From Geosiphon pyriformis uo1 (taxonomy: Eukaryota; Fungi; Glomeromycota): 64,000 nucleotides of DNA. The stretch is taken from the NCBI GenBank assembly GCA_016748015.1, contig JAAOMT010000512.1:1-64000 (forward strand), given 5' to 3'. Numbering within the stretch: the first letter of the stretch is position 1; each line of letters opens with the position of its first letter. Below, piece after piece: positions 24,142 through 35,900 of this stretch. The translations under genes and the position numbers were made by a program. The notes under the pieces are model-generated. The model saw nothing but the letters and a program-made list of their open reading frames with translations. It did no database searches and was not told where the DNA came from.

Positions 24142-27100
24142 CTCTTTGTCTTCTTAATTTTATGACCACAACTAGAGCAAAGAGTAAAAAAACTGCACTT
24201 AATGTTTTTCCTGAGATATCTAATAAAATTTCAACCAGAGAAACTCTCTTTGTTGTAGAAGCAACCAAACAAAACATTTTAAAAGCATTCCTTTTACTTA
24301 GTAATTGTGAAAAGCTGCTTTTGGTAACTACTGAAACAACTTCCTAATTATTGGCTGGTTTTTCATCAGTCAAAGTTCTTTTAAAGAAACACACTTGGAT
24401 TAGTTCCAGTATTGTCTCTATCTCTACTAAAAGCCCAAAAGTATTTAATAGACTAGTTAACAAACTGGTATTTCTCTCCATAGCTTTAATGTCTGGTGCT
24501 TTTAGCACCTTCTCTTCAAAGAAAATAGTTAAAAAAACCAAAAATTCAGAAAAATGGAGACAGTTACTTGTCTTTGCTATTGTTATACCAAACTCCTTTG
24601 TGGTTTCAAATAAGATCTCTGTTGTATTATCTGGCATATTATCCAAGATGGGCCAAGATCAATCATTATTACAAGTAATTATTTGGGATCTCAAAACAAA
24701 TAACAAACCCATAACTTGGTGCTCAATTAATATAATATTATTGATAATATCTGAAGATGTGTTTATCTAAAGGTTTTGGTTGAGTCCTTTGTATAATGAA
24801 CAGAAATTCAGTGGTAATAGTTTTATCCATAGCTTTCTAAAACCGCAGTTTCATCAATTTTTTTCTTAGCTTGATAACTGGTATTCCTCCTGGTAAGCTA
24901 TCCTCAATCAAGTGTCCTATCCTTATTTCTGGGTCTTTTACCAGTGCTATATCCTGATGTTAGTACCTTCGCGTGATAGTTCTTTTTAACAGAGTTAGTA
25001 ATAACAACAAAATAAAAGAAAAATAAAAAGAAAATGAAATAAGTAAAATAAGCCAAGACAATGAACAAGTTAATATCCCATTAATAGCCATAATTAAGAG
25101 CTATTATTCCAGTGTGGTTAAGTGTTGGATTTTATCAACATAAAGTATTGATAAATGGAAGAGTGATTATATTTTCAAATAAACAACAATAACATGGATT
25201 TGAAGAATTGGAGAGATCTTTTATTTATATAATTCCATTTCAGTTGATAGCAACTATCCTTGAAATGAGGGTTAATAAATAGAGAAGAAAGAGGATTGTT
25301 CTAAATTAATAAAACTCTATTGAATTCTCAAGAAATTTTTGAATTCTCCTCGAATTACTTTTTTTTCTTTTAATATTCTCACTATATATATATAATTTAT
25401 GTTATATAAGATTCTGTACATTCATGAGAAATGTGCCATAATTTCTCAAGCAATGCTTACATTGCTGAGCAATGTGCCTGTAATTTCTGACAATGTGCTT
25501 ATTGCTGAACAATGTATTATAATTCTCTGATAATGCTTCACATTGCTGAGCAATGTGCTCACATGCTAAATACTATTCTCTTATTAGTCTATTTTCCCTA
25601 TCTGTTTTTCCTACTATTTTCTTGTATTTTTTTTCTATGAGTAATACCACTAACTGTGTTGTTAAATGTGGTGTCTTTTAGCAGATTATTACCAGTTTTA
25701 GAAGCAATACAATTATTTTCTGTGGTGTTATCTGTTCTTGAAAACTGGGCTGACCAAATAGATATAGAATTATCTTTTTTTCTGGTTTCTGGTGCTATTT
25801 CTAGTAATGCTTAAAAAACTATTACTAGTCATTAAAAGTTTACTGAATGAATAGCCTCTATTCTGGTGCCTAATGCTACTTTTAAAATCAAATTGGCTTA
25901 TCTTAAGACTGTTTTCCAGTCTGTACATGGTTTTTTGGGTGTGAAGTCTGTTTTAAAAAACAATATAAAGTTTTTCTGTGTAAAGTTTGCTTTCCAAAAC
26001 TTTTTGGATGCTGTATTTTTGGTTGAACTTACAAGTTTTGTTCAGTTTACTACTTTTAAAATTGCCAAGTCTTTGGTGGTTTCTAAGTCTGGCTTTTTTT
26101 CTGCTGCTATTGTATTGCATAATGTGCCTTTGGGTGTATTTGCTGCTAACATTAGAATGGCTCTTGGTGTTTTTAGTAAAATTTCTCACATTCAGTCAAA
26201 ACCTACTGGTATTTGGCAATATGTTGTTGTTTACTTTAAAAATTTGGATGCTGCCACATCTGCTCTCAATTACTGATCAGTTTTGGTGGGCAAGAATAAT
26301 GTTAGAATCCTCTTTTTGATGAATCAGAATAAAACTATTCTGTTTCGTAATAGGTTTAAAGCCAAGTTGGTCAATCTCCTCTCTGGCTGTACAGCTTTTA
26401 AAATTAGTGATATGATTTCTCAAGTTGGTGGTCAAACATGTTTTATTCTCCATTTTTCTAAGTCTGGTCATCATTCTTAATTTGCTTTGGTTACATTTGG
26501 TTCTTAGATTGATTTGGATATTGCAATACTAAAGACTGGTACACTAAAAAAATATTGTATCTGATGGAAAACTCCTGGTTGCTGGCATTGTTTTTGGTGT
26601 CAAAAAATAAGCCATTTGGCTGTGAATTGCAAGATTGTTCTACCTTCCCTTTCTAAGACTTCTAAGGTGTTTAAGCCATATTTTATTGGTTCTTTGTCTT
26701 ATATAAAGGTATTTGTTCCCTCTTTTCTTTCTGAGTTTCCTTTTTTGGTGGCTTCTGCTTCTCCTATGGCTATTGAAGATTCTTTAGTGTCTTTTCAGTT
26801 AGCATTTTTGGAATCTGATTTGGCCAAGCTTTCTGTTTTGGTTGAATTTATTGTTAAGCCTGTTGGCTTTATGGTCAAAGTTTTCGAACAATTTGTTAAT
26901 AGTAATCTGGTTTCAAGTTCTGTTCTTGGCCTCAGAGTCAATGAAGTTTTAATTCATATAAGTATCTTTAGCAGAGCTGTTAGTAAGTTGGAGTGGGAAG
27001 TAGTTGCTTTAAAAGCTAAGTGTGGTTTTGAGAACATTGATATATCTGGTCCTTATGTAAGTTTGTCATCTTTTAATGATGATATGTTTTTTAATTTGAT

Positions 27101-27390
27101 GTTTTTTTGAGAACATGAATCTGCTGCTGTAAAGACTGATGCCTTTAAAACAGCTGAGTGATTAGTTGGTTTGGTTAATAATAGTGCTATATTATTTAAG
27201 ATTGTTCAAAGGATGTCTTCTTTGAATAAGTTTTCTTCTGATGCATTAACATAGTATGACCTGAACTGGCTTAAATAGCTAGTTACATATAGTAAGCACA
27301 TGAACCATATTTAGCCCTAGATTACTTAGTTTGGTCCTAATTTCTAGATAGTGGTTGGGCTATATTTATTAAATTCATAATAAAAAAAAA
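24142..27390 (+). mobile_element. ORF1-only non-autonomous LINE derivative (HAL1-like), copy B, interrupted by a solo LTR
   Basis: Colinear with 16359-18628. ORF 24162-27254 stays in one frame across the 984-bp insertion (703 codons without it). LINE-like 3' tail and A-run. Confidence 0.8.
24667..25646 (-). mobile_element. Solo LTR, second family (copy 1)
   Basis: Degenerate termini TATTAC...GTAATA (from TGTTAC...GTAACA), homologous to 50579-51452, decayed TSD TCAT/CCAC. Strand inferred from TATA and repeat-array order. Confidence 0.82.
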
Positions 27391-27399
27391 TTAATAAAT

Positions 27400-28995
27400 T
27401 GTTTAATTAATATTAAAATATTTTTTTAGTTTTTAAATAAGTCTTTTATTTAATTAATTAATTTTTGTATTTATGTTTTAAGCTTTATTTTTTATAGTTT
27501 AATTGTAATTAATTTTATTTTTAATTAATTCTAAATTTTAAATTATTGTAATAATTTTTTATAAAATATTTAAATTTTAAGATTATATTTATTATAAAAT
27601 ATTGTTTTTTAATTTCTTAATAAATTAGTTAAAACTTAAATATCTGTATAATAATTTTATTTAATAACTTGTATTTGCTTTAAAATTTAATTAAATTATT
27701 TTAAATAAGTAATCACAATTTTATTATTTTTTATTTAATAATACCAAATTGATTTTATAATTTAATTAATATATTAAAATTATAAAAGTATTTTAGAAAT
27801 ATAATATTAAATATATTAAAGTTAATTAATTTGTTTTTAAACTTTAATATTATAAATTAACTGTTTTTATTAAAAAAAATAAAAAAGGTTAAATATTTTA
27901 ATTATTTACAATAATTGTTTTTTTTGTATTAATAATTTAAAAATATATATTATTAATTTTTTTAAAAAAATTTTTAGTTTAACAATATAAAAATAAGTTA
28001 TGATAATTATTAGTAAATAAAAAACTTTAATTTTTGGATTTGCAAATATTTAATTTCATTTCTAACTTATAAGTTTTTAAAAAATATTAAAAATTAAATT
28101 TTAATAAATTTTTAACTTTAATAATTAGTATAATAGATTATTAAACAATAAATTTTTTAATTTTAAGTTTTTTTATTATTTGTTTGGTTAATTGAATTGT
28201 TGTTTAATATTTAAGCTTTTTAAAAATTTTTGAATTGGATTTTTGTATTCAAATATTATTAAAAACAAATTTAAAGTTTTTTTTGTTTTTTTCTAATTTG
28301 AAAAATTATTAAAACTAGTAAAAATAATTAATTTAAGATTTAAAAATTGTTTTTAATATTGTTTTAATAGTTTATTTTACAAATTTTTAATTTTATCTTA
28401 AATATTTAAAGTATTTAAATTTTTAATTATTAATTAGATTTTGAATTATTAAAAACATGAAACTATTTTTATAATTTCTGTTATTAAGTAGTATATATTA
28501 TTAATTTATATTTTATTACTTATTATTTAGTCAAATTATTATTTATTATTATTTAATTAACAATTTAAATAAAAATATAATTAAATATATTAATTAAATT
28601 ATATAATATTTTAAACTATATAAATTCAAAAATTTGACAAAATATTTAGTAAAAATTTAATAAAATAATTATTAATTTAATAAAATATACAGTTAATTTT
28701 CAAAATTTTATAAAAATATTAACAAAAAAAAATTATTAAAACTTAAAATAATATAATTAAATATATAAATAAAAATTTATTTATAATTATTTTTTAAAAT
28801 TAACTATTCTTAATTAATATGCTAAAATTAATTAATTATTAATTTTAATAAATTAAATTAATTTTTTTTCAAATTTATAAAGAAATATTTTTACTTTAAA
28901 ATTATCATTATTAATTTTTATTTTATTTTATTTTGTATTATTTATTAAAAAATCTATAATTAAAAAATTCTGTATAAAAATAAACTTTAAATTGT
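27400..28995. other. Extremely AT-rich non-coding tract
   Basis: Roughly 90% A+T by eye, with no ORFs and essentially no CpG. Similar tracts at 1-250, 18640-19100 and 23350-24140. Confidence 0.85.
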
Positions 28996-29046
28996 TAAAA
29001 TCTTTTTCTTGATTTCCTAATTACAATGAGAGCAAAATATTGCCGA

Positions 29047-30029
29047 TGTTACCAGATGAAATTAGAGATATTGTTTAGTATGAAATTATCCTTATAAATC
29101 TTATCATTAATTACCATATATTATCATTTCAAATTATCACTTATTATATTAGCAAAATGTCCGAAATTATCATTTAATTAATAATCCAATTTGTACATAA
29201 CACAAATGTAACCTAAGTACAATAATCAATCATACAATACCCCAAAATATGTAACATTCAAAAGTTCACCGAAATTTGTATAAATTTGCCGAAATAATTG
29301 ATAGTTTACCGAAATATCTAATAGTTCGCAGAAATAACTTGTAGTTTGCTGAAATGTATCTTTAGTTCAGCGAAATTATAGAAAAGAGCAAAGTTCAAGT
29401 TCATGGAATAGTGTTATAACAAATAGTATAAAAGAAAAGCTTCTCTCTTTGAGAAAATATATCTTACTTTAGATTTATTACTTAGAACCATTCCTACACA
29501 CACAGAAAAAAATAAAATATTAAATAATTCAAAAAACCAAATTCTTTAATTATTGCACTTGGAAAGTCTCCAAAACCCAACTAACGTTTTGAAATTGATT
29601 AGCTACCAATTTCAATAAACTGTTAGTGACTCCAGGTCTGGATAGAAAACGTTTCTCTTAACAGAATTTTATTTCTTTTACATTTCTTTTATTTTCTTTC
29701 TTTTATTTTCTTATTATAATCATTAGGGTAGTCTACAGACGAGATTCCTGTAGAAGAGTTGACTTTCACAGCAAAGTAACTACACATTTTTAGTGAGCTT
29801 CCAGATGAGCAATTCCTGGAAAAGAGTTGACATTTACTACAACATAACTACACAAAGCAACTGGTACAGAATTGGCCATTTCACTTATAAGCCCAGCAGT
29901 TCAAATTATAGGAGATAATTTGAAGATAAATTCAGTTATTGAAGGTTCAACTACTTCTAAAAAACGTGAATTTGCAACCAACAGACAGTTACAACATTCA
30001 AGAAAAGAGACCAAAAACCTCTAGTAACA
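29047..30029 (+). repeat. 5' LTR of copy B (983 bp)
   Basis: TGTTACCAGA...CTAGTAACA, six AGTTCGCCGAAAT-like units at 29263-29376, TATAAAAG at 29427. Confidence 0.95.
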
Positions 30030-30031
30030 TT

Positions 30032-30047
30032 TGGTGCTCTCCTACAG
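30032..30047 (+). other. Primer-binding site of copy B (TGGTGCTCTCC...)
   Basis: TGG lies 2 nt after the LTR end. Complementary to a tRNA ending ...GAGAGCACCA. Same motif at 8898-8913 (-), 36450-36466 (-) and 61640 (+). Confidence 0.85.
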
Positions 30048-30910
30048 TGTTACTGGAGGTTTTTGGTCTCCTTTCTTGAATGTTGTTGATGCCTGTTTGC
30101 TGTGAATTCACGTTTCCAGGAAGTAGTTGGACCTCCAGTAACTGAATTTATCTTCAAATTATCTTCTATAATTTGAACTTGCTGGGTTTATAAGTGGAAT
30201 GGCCAATTCCATGCCAGTTGCTTTATGTAGTTATATTGTAGTAAACGTCAACTCTTTCCCAGGAATTGCTTGTCTGGAAGCTTACTAAAAATGTGTAGTT
30301 ACTTTGCTGTAAAAGTCAACTCTTCTACAGGAATCTCGTTTGTAAGCTACCCTAATGATTGTAATAAGAAAAGAAAAGAAAAATAAAAGAAATATAAAAG
30401 AAATAAGATTTTATCAAGGGAAACGTTTTTCTATCCAGGCCTGGAGTCACTAACAGTTTACTGAAATTGGTAGCTAATCAATTTCAAAATGTTAGTTGAG
30501 TTTTGGGGATTTTCTAAGTGCAATAATTAAAGAATTTGGTTTTTCAAATTATTTGATATTTATTTCTTTTTGTGTATGTAGGAATGGTTTTAAGTAATAA
30601 ATCTAAAGTAAGATACATTTTCTCGAAGAGAGATGCTCTTCTTTTATACAACTTGTTGTAACACTATTCTATGAACTTGAACTTTGCTATTTTCTACAAT
30701 TTTGTTGAACTAAAGATACATTTTGGCGAACTACAAGTTATTTCTGTGAACTATTAGATATTTTGGTGAACTATCAATTATTTCGGCAAATTTCTACAAA
30801 TTTCGGCAAACTTTTGAATGTTACATAGTTTGGGGTATTGCATGATTGATCATTGCAATTAGGTTACATTTGTGTTGTGTACAAATTGGGNNNNNNNNNN
30901 NNNNNNNNNN

Positions 30911-31171
30911 TGGTGGAATACTAATCGGAGTGAGCATTAAGTTTTCTCTTAAAGCAAGCTTTAAAAGTTCTGGCAGGTGAATTCCAGAATAACTTCTTGT
31001 GTTCTTCTTATATGGGTGATATTTTTGTGAATTTGGGGCTAAATTTGTAACTACTTTTGTTTGAGTATAATTAATGTGGTTTTTAGTAACAGTAATAGAT
31101 AATTTGAGTATTGTTTTTAAAGTTAACATTAGTTTTTGGGATAATTGTTGAATGTTTTGAGGAATAGTCAT
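30911..31171 (-). pseudogene. ORF3 (unknown function) of copy C, 5' part; rest in gap
   Basis: MTIPQNIQQLSQKLML...LRENLMLTPISIPP, homologous to 44621-44880. Confidence 0.75.
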
Positions 31172-31224
31172 TATAAGAGATTTGAAATAAAAGAAAATTA
31201 TTTTTGGTGTATGGATTTTTATGT

Positions 31225-31226
<2 letters not shown>

Positions 31227-31285
<59 letters not shown>

Positions 31286-31406
31286 TATTTTTTTTTTTTT
31301 NNNNNNNNNNNNNNNNNNNNGTGTTTGTTTTGTTTGTTTTGTGTTTGTTTTGTGTTTGTTTTGTGTTTGTTTTGTGTTTGTTTTGTTTTTGTTTTGTTTT
31401 GTGTTT

Positions 31407-31472
<66 letters not shown>
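31227..31472. repeat. Poly-T / (GTGTTTGTTTT)n expansion with internal N-gap
   Basis: Low-complexity tract replacing a ~20-bp T-rich motif present in copies A and B. Confidence 0.8.
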
Positions 31473-31473
<1 letters not shown>

Positions 31474-31569
31474 GTAAGATTGTTTCTAAATTATAAAGGA
31501 ATAACTAGTAAAATTAAATTAAGTATTCAGGTTGGAAGGTTGTTCAATGAGAATTATTGGTTTTAAGTT

Positions 31570-32904
31570 TCAGAGAATATCTTCGGGATTGACTAAAGGG
31601 GAATGTGTACCAATTTGTGGAATTAATGGTTTAGGATTGTTTCTGGAATGATAGTGTTTCAAATGATCTCCATATGCAACTTTTGCTAGGATTTTGTCAT
31701 CAAGTCTTAGCTTGTATGATCCGTTGCCTAGGACTTTATGGATAAAGAATGATCCATCCCATTTATTTTCAAATTTTCCACTCTATTGTTTTTCAGCTTT
31801 AGTTCTGTGTAAGAGAACTTTGTTTCCAATTTTAAATTTATTGGTGACTGGAGGCAATTTGTCATCATGCTGTTCTTTTTGTCGAGCTTGGGAGTGTTCA
31901 ATATAGGTGGCTGCTATTTATTGTTTTCCTTCCAATGTGCTAAGCAAAGTGTAGGCTCTTCATTGAAGCATTTCTTGAAAATTGTTTTCATTGATTGGTT
32001 GTGCTGGGTATGTTTTTACTGTAAAACTAATTGGTAATATTGCTGTCCTTTCGTAAGTTAAATCAAATGGTGTGTGTTTTGTGGTATCTTGTTTTAGTGT
32101 TCTGTATGCTAGCAATACTGATGGAATAAAGATATCTCACTCTTGCTTAAAATCAGTTGAGACTTTGGCTAATGATTTACACAATGTTCTGTTAAAACGT
32201 TCCACAAGTCTATTTGTTTGTGGATGGTAGGGCGAAGACAGAGGTCTTTTGACATTGAATCATTCGCAAATTTTTTGTATCAAGTTGTTCACAAAGTGTG
32301 TCCCTTGATCGGATAAAAGTTCAATTAGACATCCGTGTCTATAAATGATGTCTTCGTAGATGAAATTTGCTATTGATTTCACATTTGCTCATTAAATGGC
32401 TTTGGCTTTGGGCCATTTAGTAAGATAGTCTACAGCTATTGCAATATAATGGTTTTCTTAAGTGGTGATAGATAGTGATCCGACTAAATTGATACCAACT
32501 CAGTCAAAGGGTTGTCCAACTTTGATTGGATTTAATGGTTCAGTAGGGCATGTTCCTCCTCTTCTTTGACAACTATTACAAGATTCGACATATTCGTGAA
32601 TGTCTTTTCTTATTTGAGGCCAAAAGTAGTATTTTAGTGTTCTTTGGGTGGTGCTATCTTTTCCGAAGTGTGCTAATGAAGGATCTGAGTGCATGTTGTA
32701 TAATATAGTCTCTTTTTTCTGTTCTTGTATTAATCTAAGTGGTTTGTTTAAGTTTTTGAAATTTCGATAATAAATAATGTTGTTGTGTAGAAAATATTGT
32801 TTGGTTTGTTGTTGTAGTTGATGTTTTTCATCTGGAGACCAATCTGTTGGAATTGTTAATGTTTCCAAATATTGTTTGAGATTGTTGTAGATTTCTGAAT
32901 TCAT
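31570..32904 (-). pseudogene. Stand-alone integrase ORF of copy C
   Basis: ATG at 32904 (MNSEIYNNLKQYL), 1335 nt, same motifs as copy A. Confidence 0.9.
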
Positions 32905-32939
32905 TGTTTGTTGGCTCTTTTGGTTGGTTAAGTTGAGTG

Positions 32940-35900
32940 TTGGTTTTTGTAAGAAATTTGGGTTTGAGAACAAGAGTATTCTTGTCTGAATATCTTAGGT
33001 CATATCCAGCATCAATTTCGTGTGCTTTTTTGGGTTTTATTCCTTGTCTGTTGTTGTTGAAGTATTTAAGTTGTAAGGCAGGCTGATTTTTGATAAGGTA
33101 GATGAGTGTTGTTTCAATTTCTTTTGTTGCTTCAGGTTCTCCAAATTCAATTTCTTTTTCATCATTTTTACTGGGCAAGGGAATACTAAGAGCATAGCAT
33201 TCAGGACACCACTGTTCATCACAAGGCATAATGCATTCTTCACATAGTCTAATGTTCATTTGCTCTAATTGTTGAATTTGAGCTTCTTGGATTGGGTAAA
33301 TGTGACTTGCAATTTGGTGGTAGACTTCTACTTTGTCTTTGTAATCAAATCCAGCTAATTCCATGATGTATTCAATGTATTCTGCTTTCTTCATTTGACA
33401 AACATTTTCTTTGGTAGCTCCATTAATTAATGCCATTGCTAGATTGAAAATCATCTTGGCATTATGGGAGTAGTAATAAAGTTTGTTGAGAACACTGTTA
33501 TATGCTGTATTAAAAGGTGTTCCTCTTTTTACTTTTTCTGAAATTGATAAAGCATATTGGCAGGTCTGATTGCAGACTCCTCCTCTCATGGCTACATCAA
33601 TTCAATTGCATTCTTCTGGTAGCATATCTCCACAAGTCAAACAAGAGGTGTTGTCCCATTTTCCACTCCTTTTTATTAGATGGCCCCATCGTTCTCTATA
33701 GCAAGCCTTGCAGTAATAACAAATATGATTTTCATATTCTTTTTCAGATGAAATACAGGCTCCCATTGACAATAGTTTCTTGTGGCAGTTCTTACATTTA
33801 AGGGGAATATAGGGGTGTTGTTTCCTTGGTTCAAGTTTTGAGTAAGGGATATTTCATCCAGAGGTTTCGGGTTCAGAGTGTGAAGTAAAATGTTCTTGTT
33901 CTGTTTTATCGGCCCAGTTGGATGTTGATCCAAGAACCATGAATGTTTCAATAAGGGGTTTTTCCTCTTCTGGTTCAAATTCAAAAGCTGGGGCTTTTTC
34001 AGAGTGTTTGTTGAATGTACCACAAGTGGCAGGTACTCGGATGTGTTGTCCTTGGTAGGAGATTGTTAACTCTTGTGTTTCCCAATTCAGATTAACATTG
34101 GCTTTTTGAAGCCAATCATTTCCAACGAGAGCTTGGTACTGGGGTGCATCTATTATAAGAACTTTGACTGAAATGGTGATTCCATTAAGAGTGAATGGAA
34201 AATTGTCAATTTCTCTTACTGGGGTCTTTTTCATAATATCAGCAGTGACAATTACTGTTTGAGCTGGTCGGTTGACATTTTTTTTCAACTGTTGCATTAA
34301 CTAGTAGGTGATAATGCTTCCAGCGGATCTACTGTCTAGAATCAAGCAAATTGTCTTTCCTTTGACTTCTGCTTCAGTATACATAGCCGTAATTGCTTTT
34401 TGTTTATTGGTGGCTGCATTGCTAAGCAGGAATGGTGACTTATTTACTTCGAACTCAAAGGAGAATATATTCAAAAGATTAACATTTTCAGTGATTCTGG
34501 CTGGTGAGATTGTGATGGGAGTATAGGAAGGGTTTTGTTGTTGTGCTGCAGCTCTACCTTCCGAGGATGCAGTATGGTGAAAATCTTGTTCTTCTGGCAT
34601 TGTTAAATAACTGGGTTGAGTGTGGTAGTGGTTGGGTCTTGGTTGAGTAGAATTTTAGGGGAACCAATTGGTTGTTTGAACTGATTCTATTGTTGTTTAC
34701 TTGGTATCGATTTTGTGGTGTGAATTGATTTTGTGTAATCAGTCTTTGAGCAGGTACTTGATAATGTTGTGTGAGTGGTTGTTGGTATTGCTGTTAGATT
34801 GGCTGTGGGACGGGTTGATAATAGTTATTTTGGTATTGGGGTCTTGGTGGATAATAAGCTGATGGTGGTGGTTGATAATAAGATTGCTGTGATAGAGGGT
34901 AACATTAATTACTCCTATTTTGTTGGTCTCGTTATAGCTTTCTGCAATCTCTTTTCCAGTGGCCAGAGATTTCACAGTAATGGCAATTTTGAGGCTGGTT
35001 ATTGGAAAGTGGTACAAAGTTATTTTGATTTCGTCTTTGGGGTGGTTGATATCTTTAGGGTTGCTGTTGTTGTTGATTGGTGAAATAGTTTTCAACCTTC
35101 TTTGTGAGTTGGTTAATTTTTTTCTCAGCTGCTGAGCTGGTTTCTCCAATTGCCAAATTTACAAATTTTGTGCAATTGATCTCTTTCATGGCCATTTTGT
35201 ATCTTTTCGCATGCTGTATGGCTGAGTTTAAATCTTCTGGTACATGTGGGCAAACCTTTTTAATTAGTTTATTTTTTAAACCAGTGATAAATTAATCCAA
35301 GATTTGAGCATTGGAATAATAATTGTTTGTTTCGAGTTGGCAAATTTATCTGAGAAGTTTGTTGAATTTTCTAATATAAGTCATAACAGATTTGGAGGGT
35401 TCTTGTTTGATATTTCGAAAATGATTGCGAAGGGTGATGGAGGTATTATTGTCAGTGAACTGTTCAAGAAAGGCTGCTTTGAAAGCGTTCCAATCATTGA
35501 ATGAGACGGCCAAGTTTTCAAACCATTCTCCTGCTGTTTCTTTGAGAAAGTAGGGAATTGTTCTTAACATTCTGGCAGCATTCCATCTATTTGCATCTCC
35601 AGCTTTAGTAACTTGGTCGAGCCATTCTTGGGGACTGGTTTCAATGTCTTCTCCATTAAATTCAGGGATTTTTGCGATGTATGTTGTCATTTCATCTTCT
35701 TCATTTTCACTGTCTATTGATTCTTCTTCAGATATTTTAGGTTCATTTTCTTTGTTCGTTGCTGTCTCAGAGTGTTCACTTTGATTTTTAGCTAGAAAGT
35801 CAAGAAGATTGGAACTAGTTTGAAGAGGTTTTTGTTGTCTAATGGGACTTCTGAGTGATGTAAAATCTTCTGGTCTTGCAAATCGATTCAAGGGTGAATT

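Noticed and set aside
29047-30890. DIRS-like or DNA-transposon inverted termini
   Set aside because: Explained by nested antisense insertion with its own TSD. The element encodes a DDE integrase, not a tyrosine recombinase.
31145-31566. Poly-Phe ORFs
   Set aside because: Translations of a poly-T/microsatellite tract.
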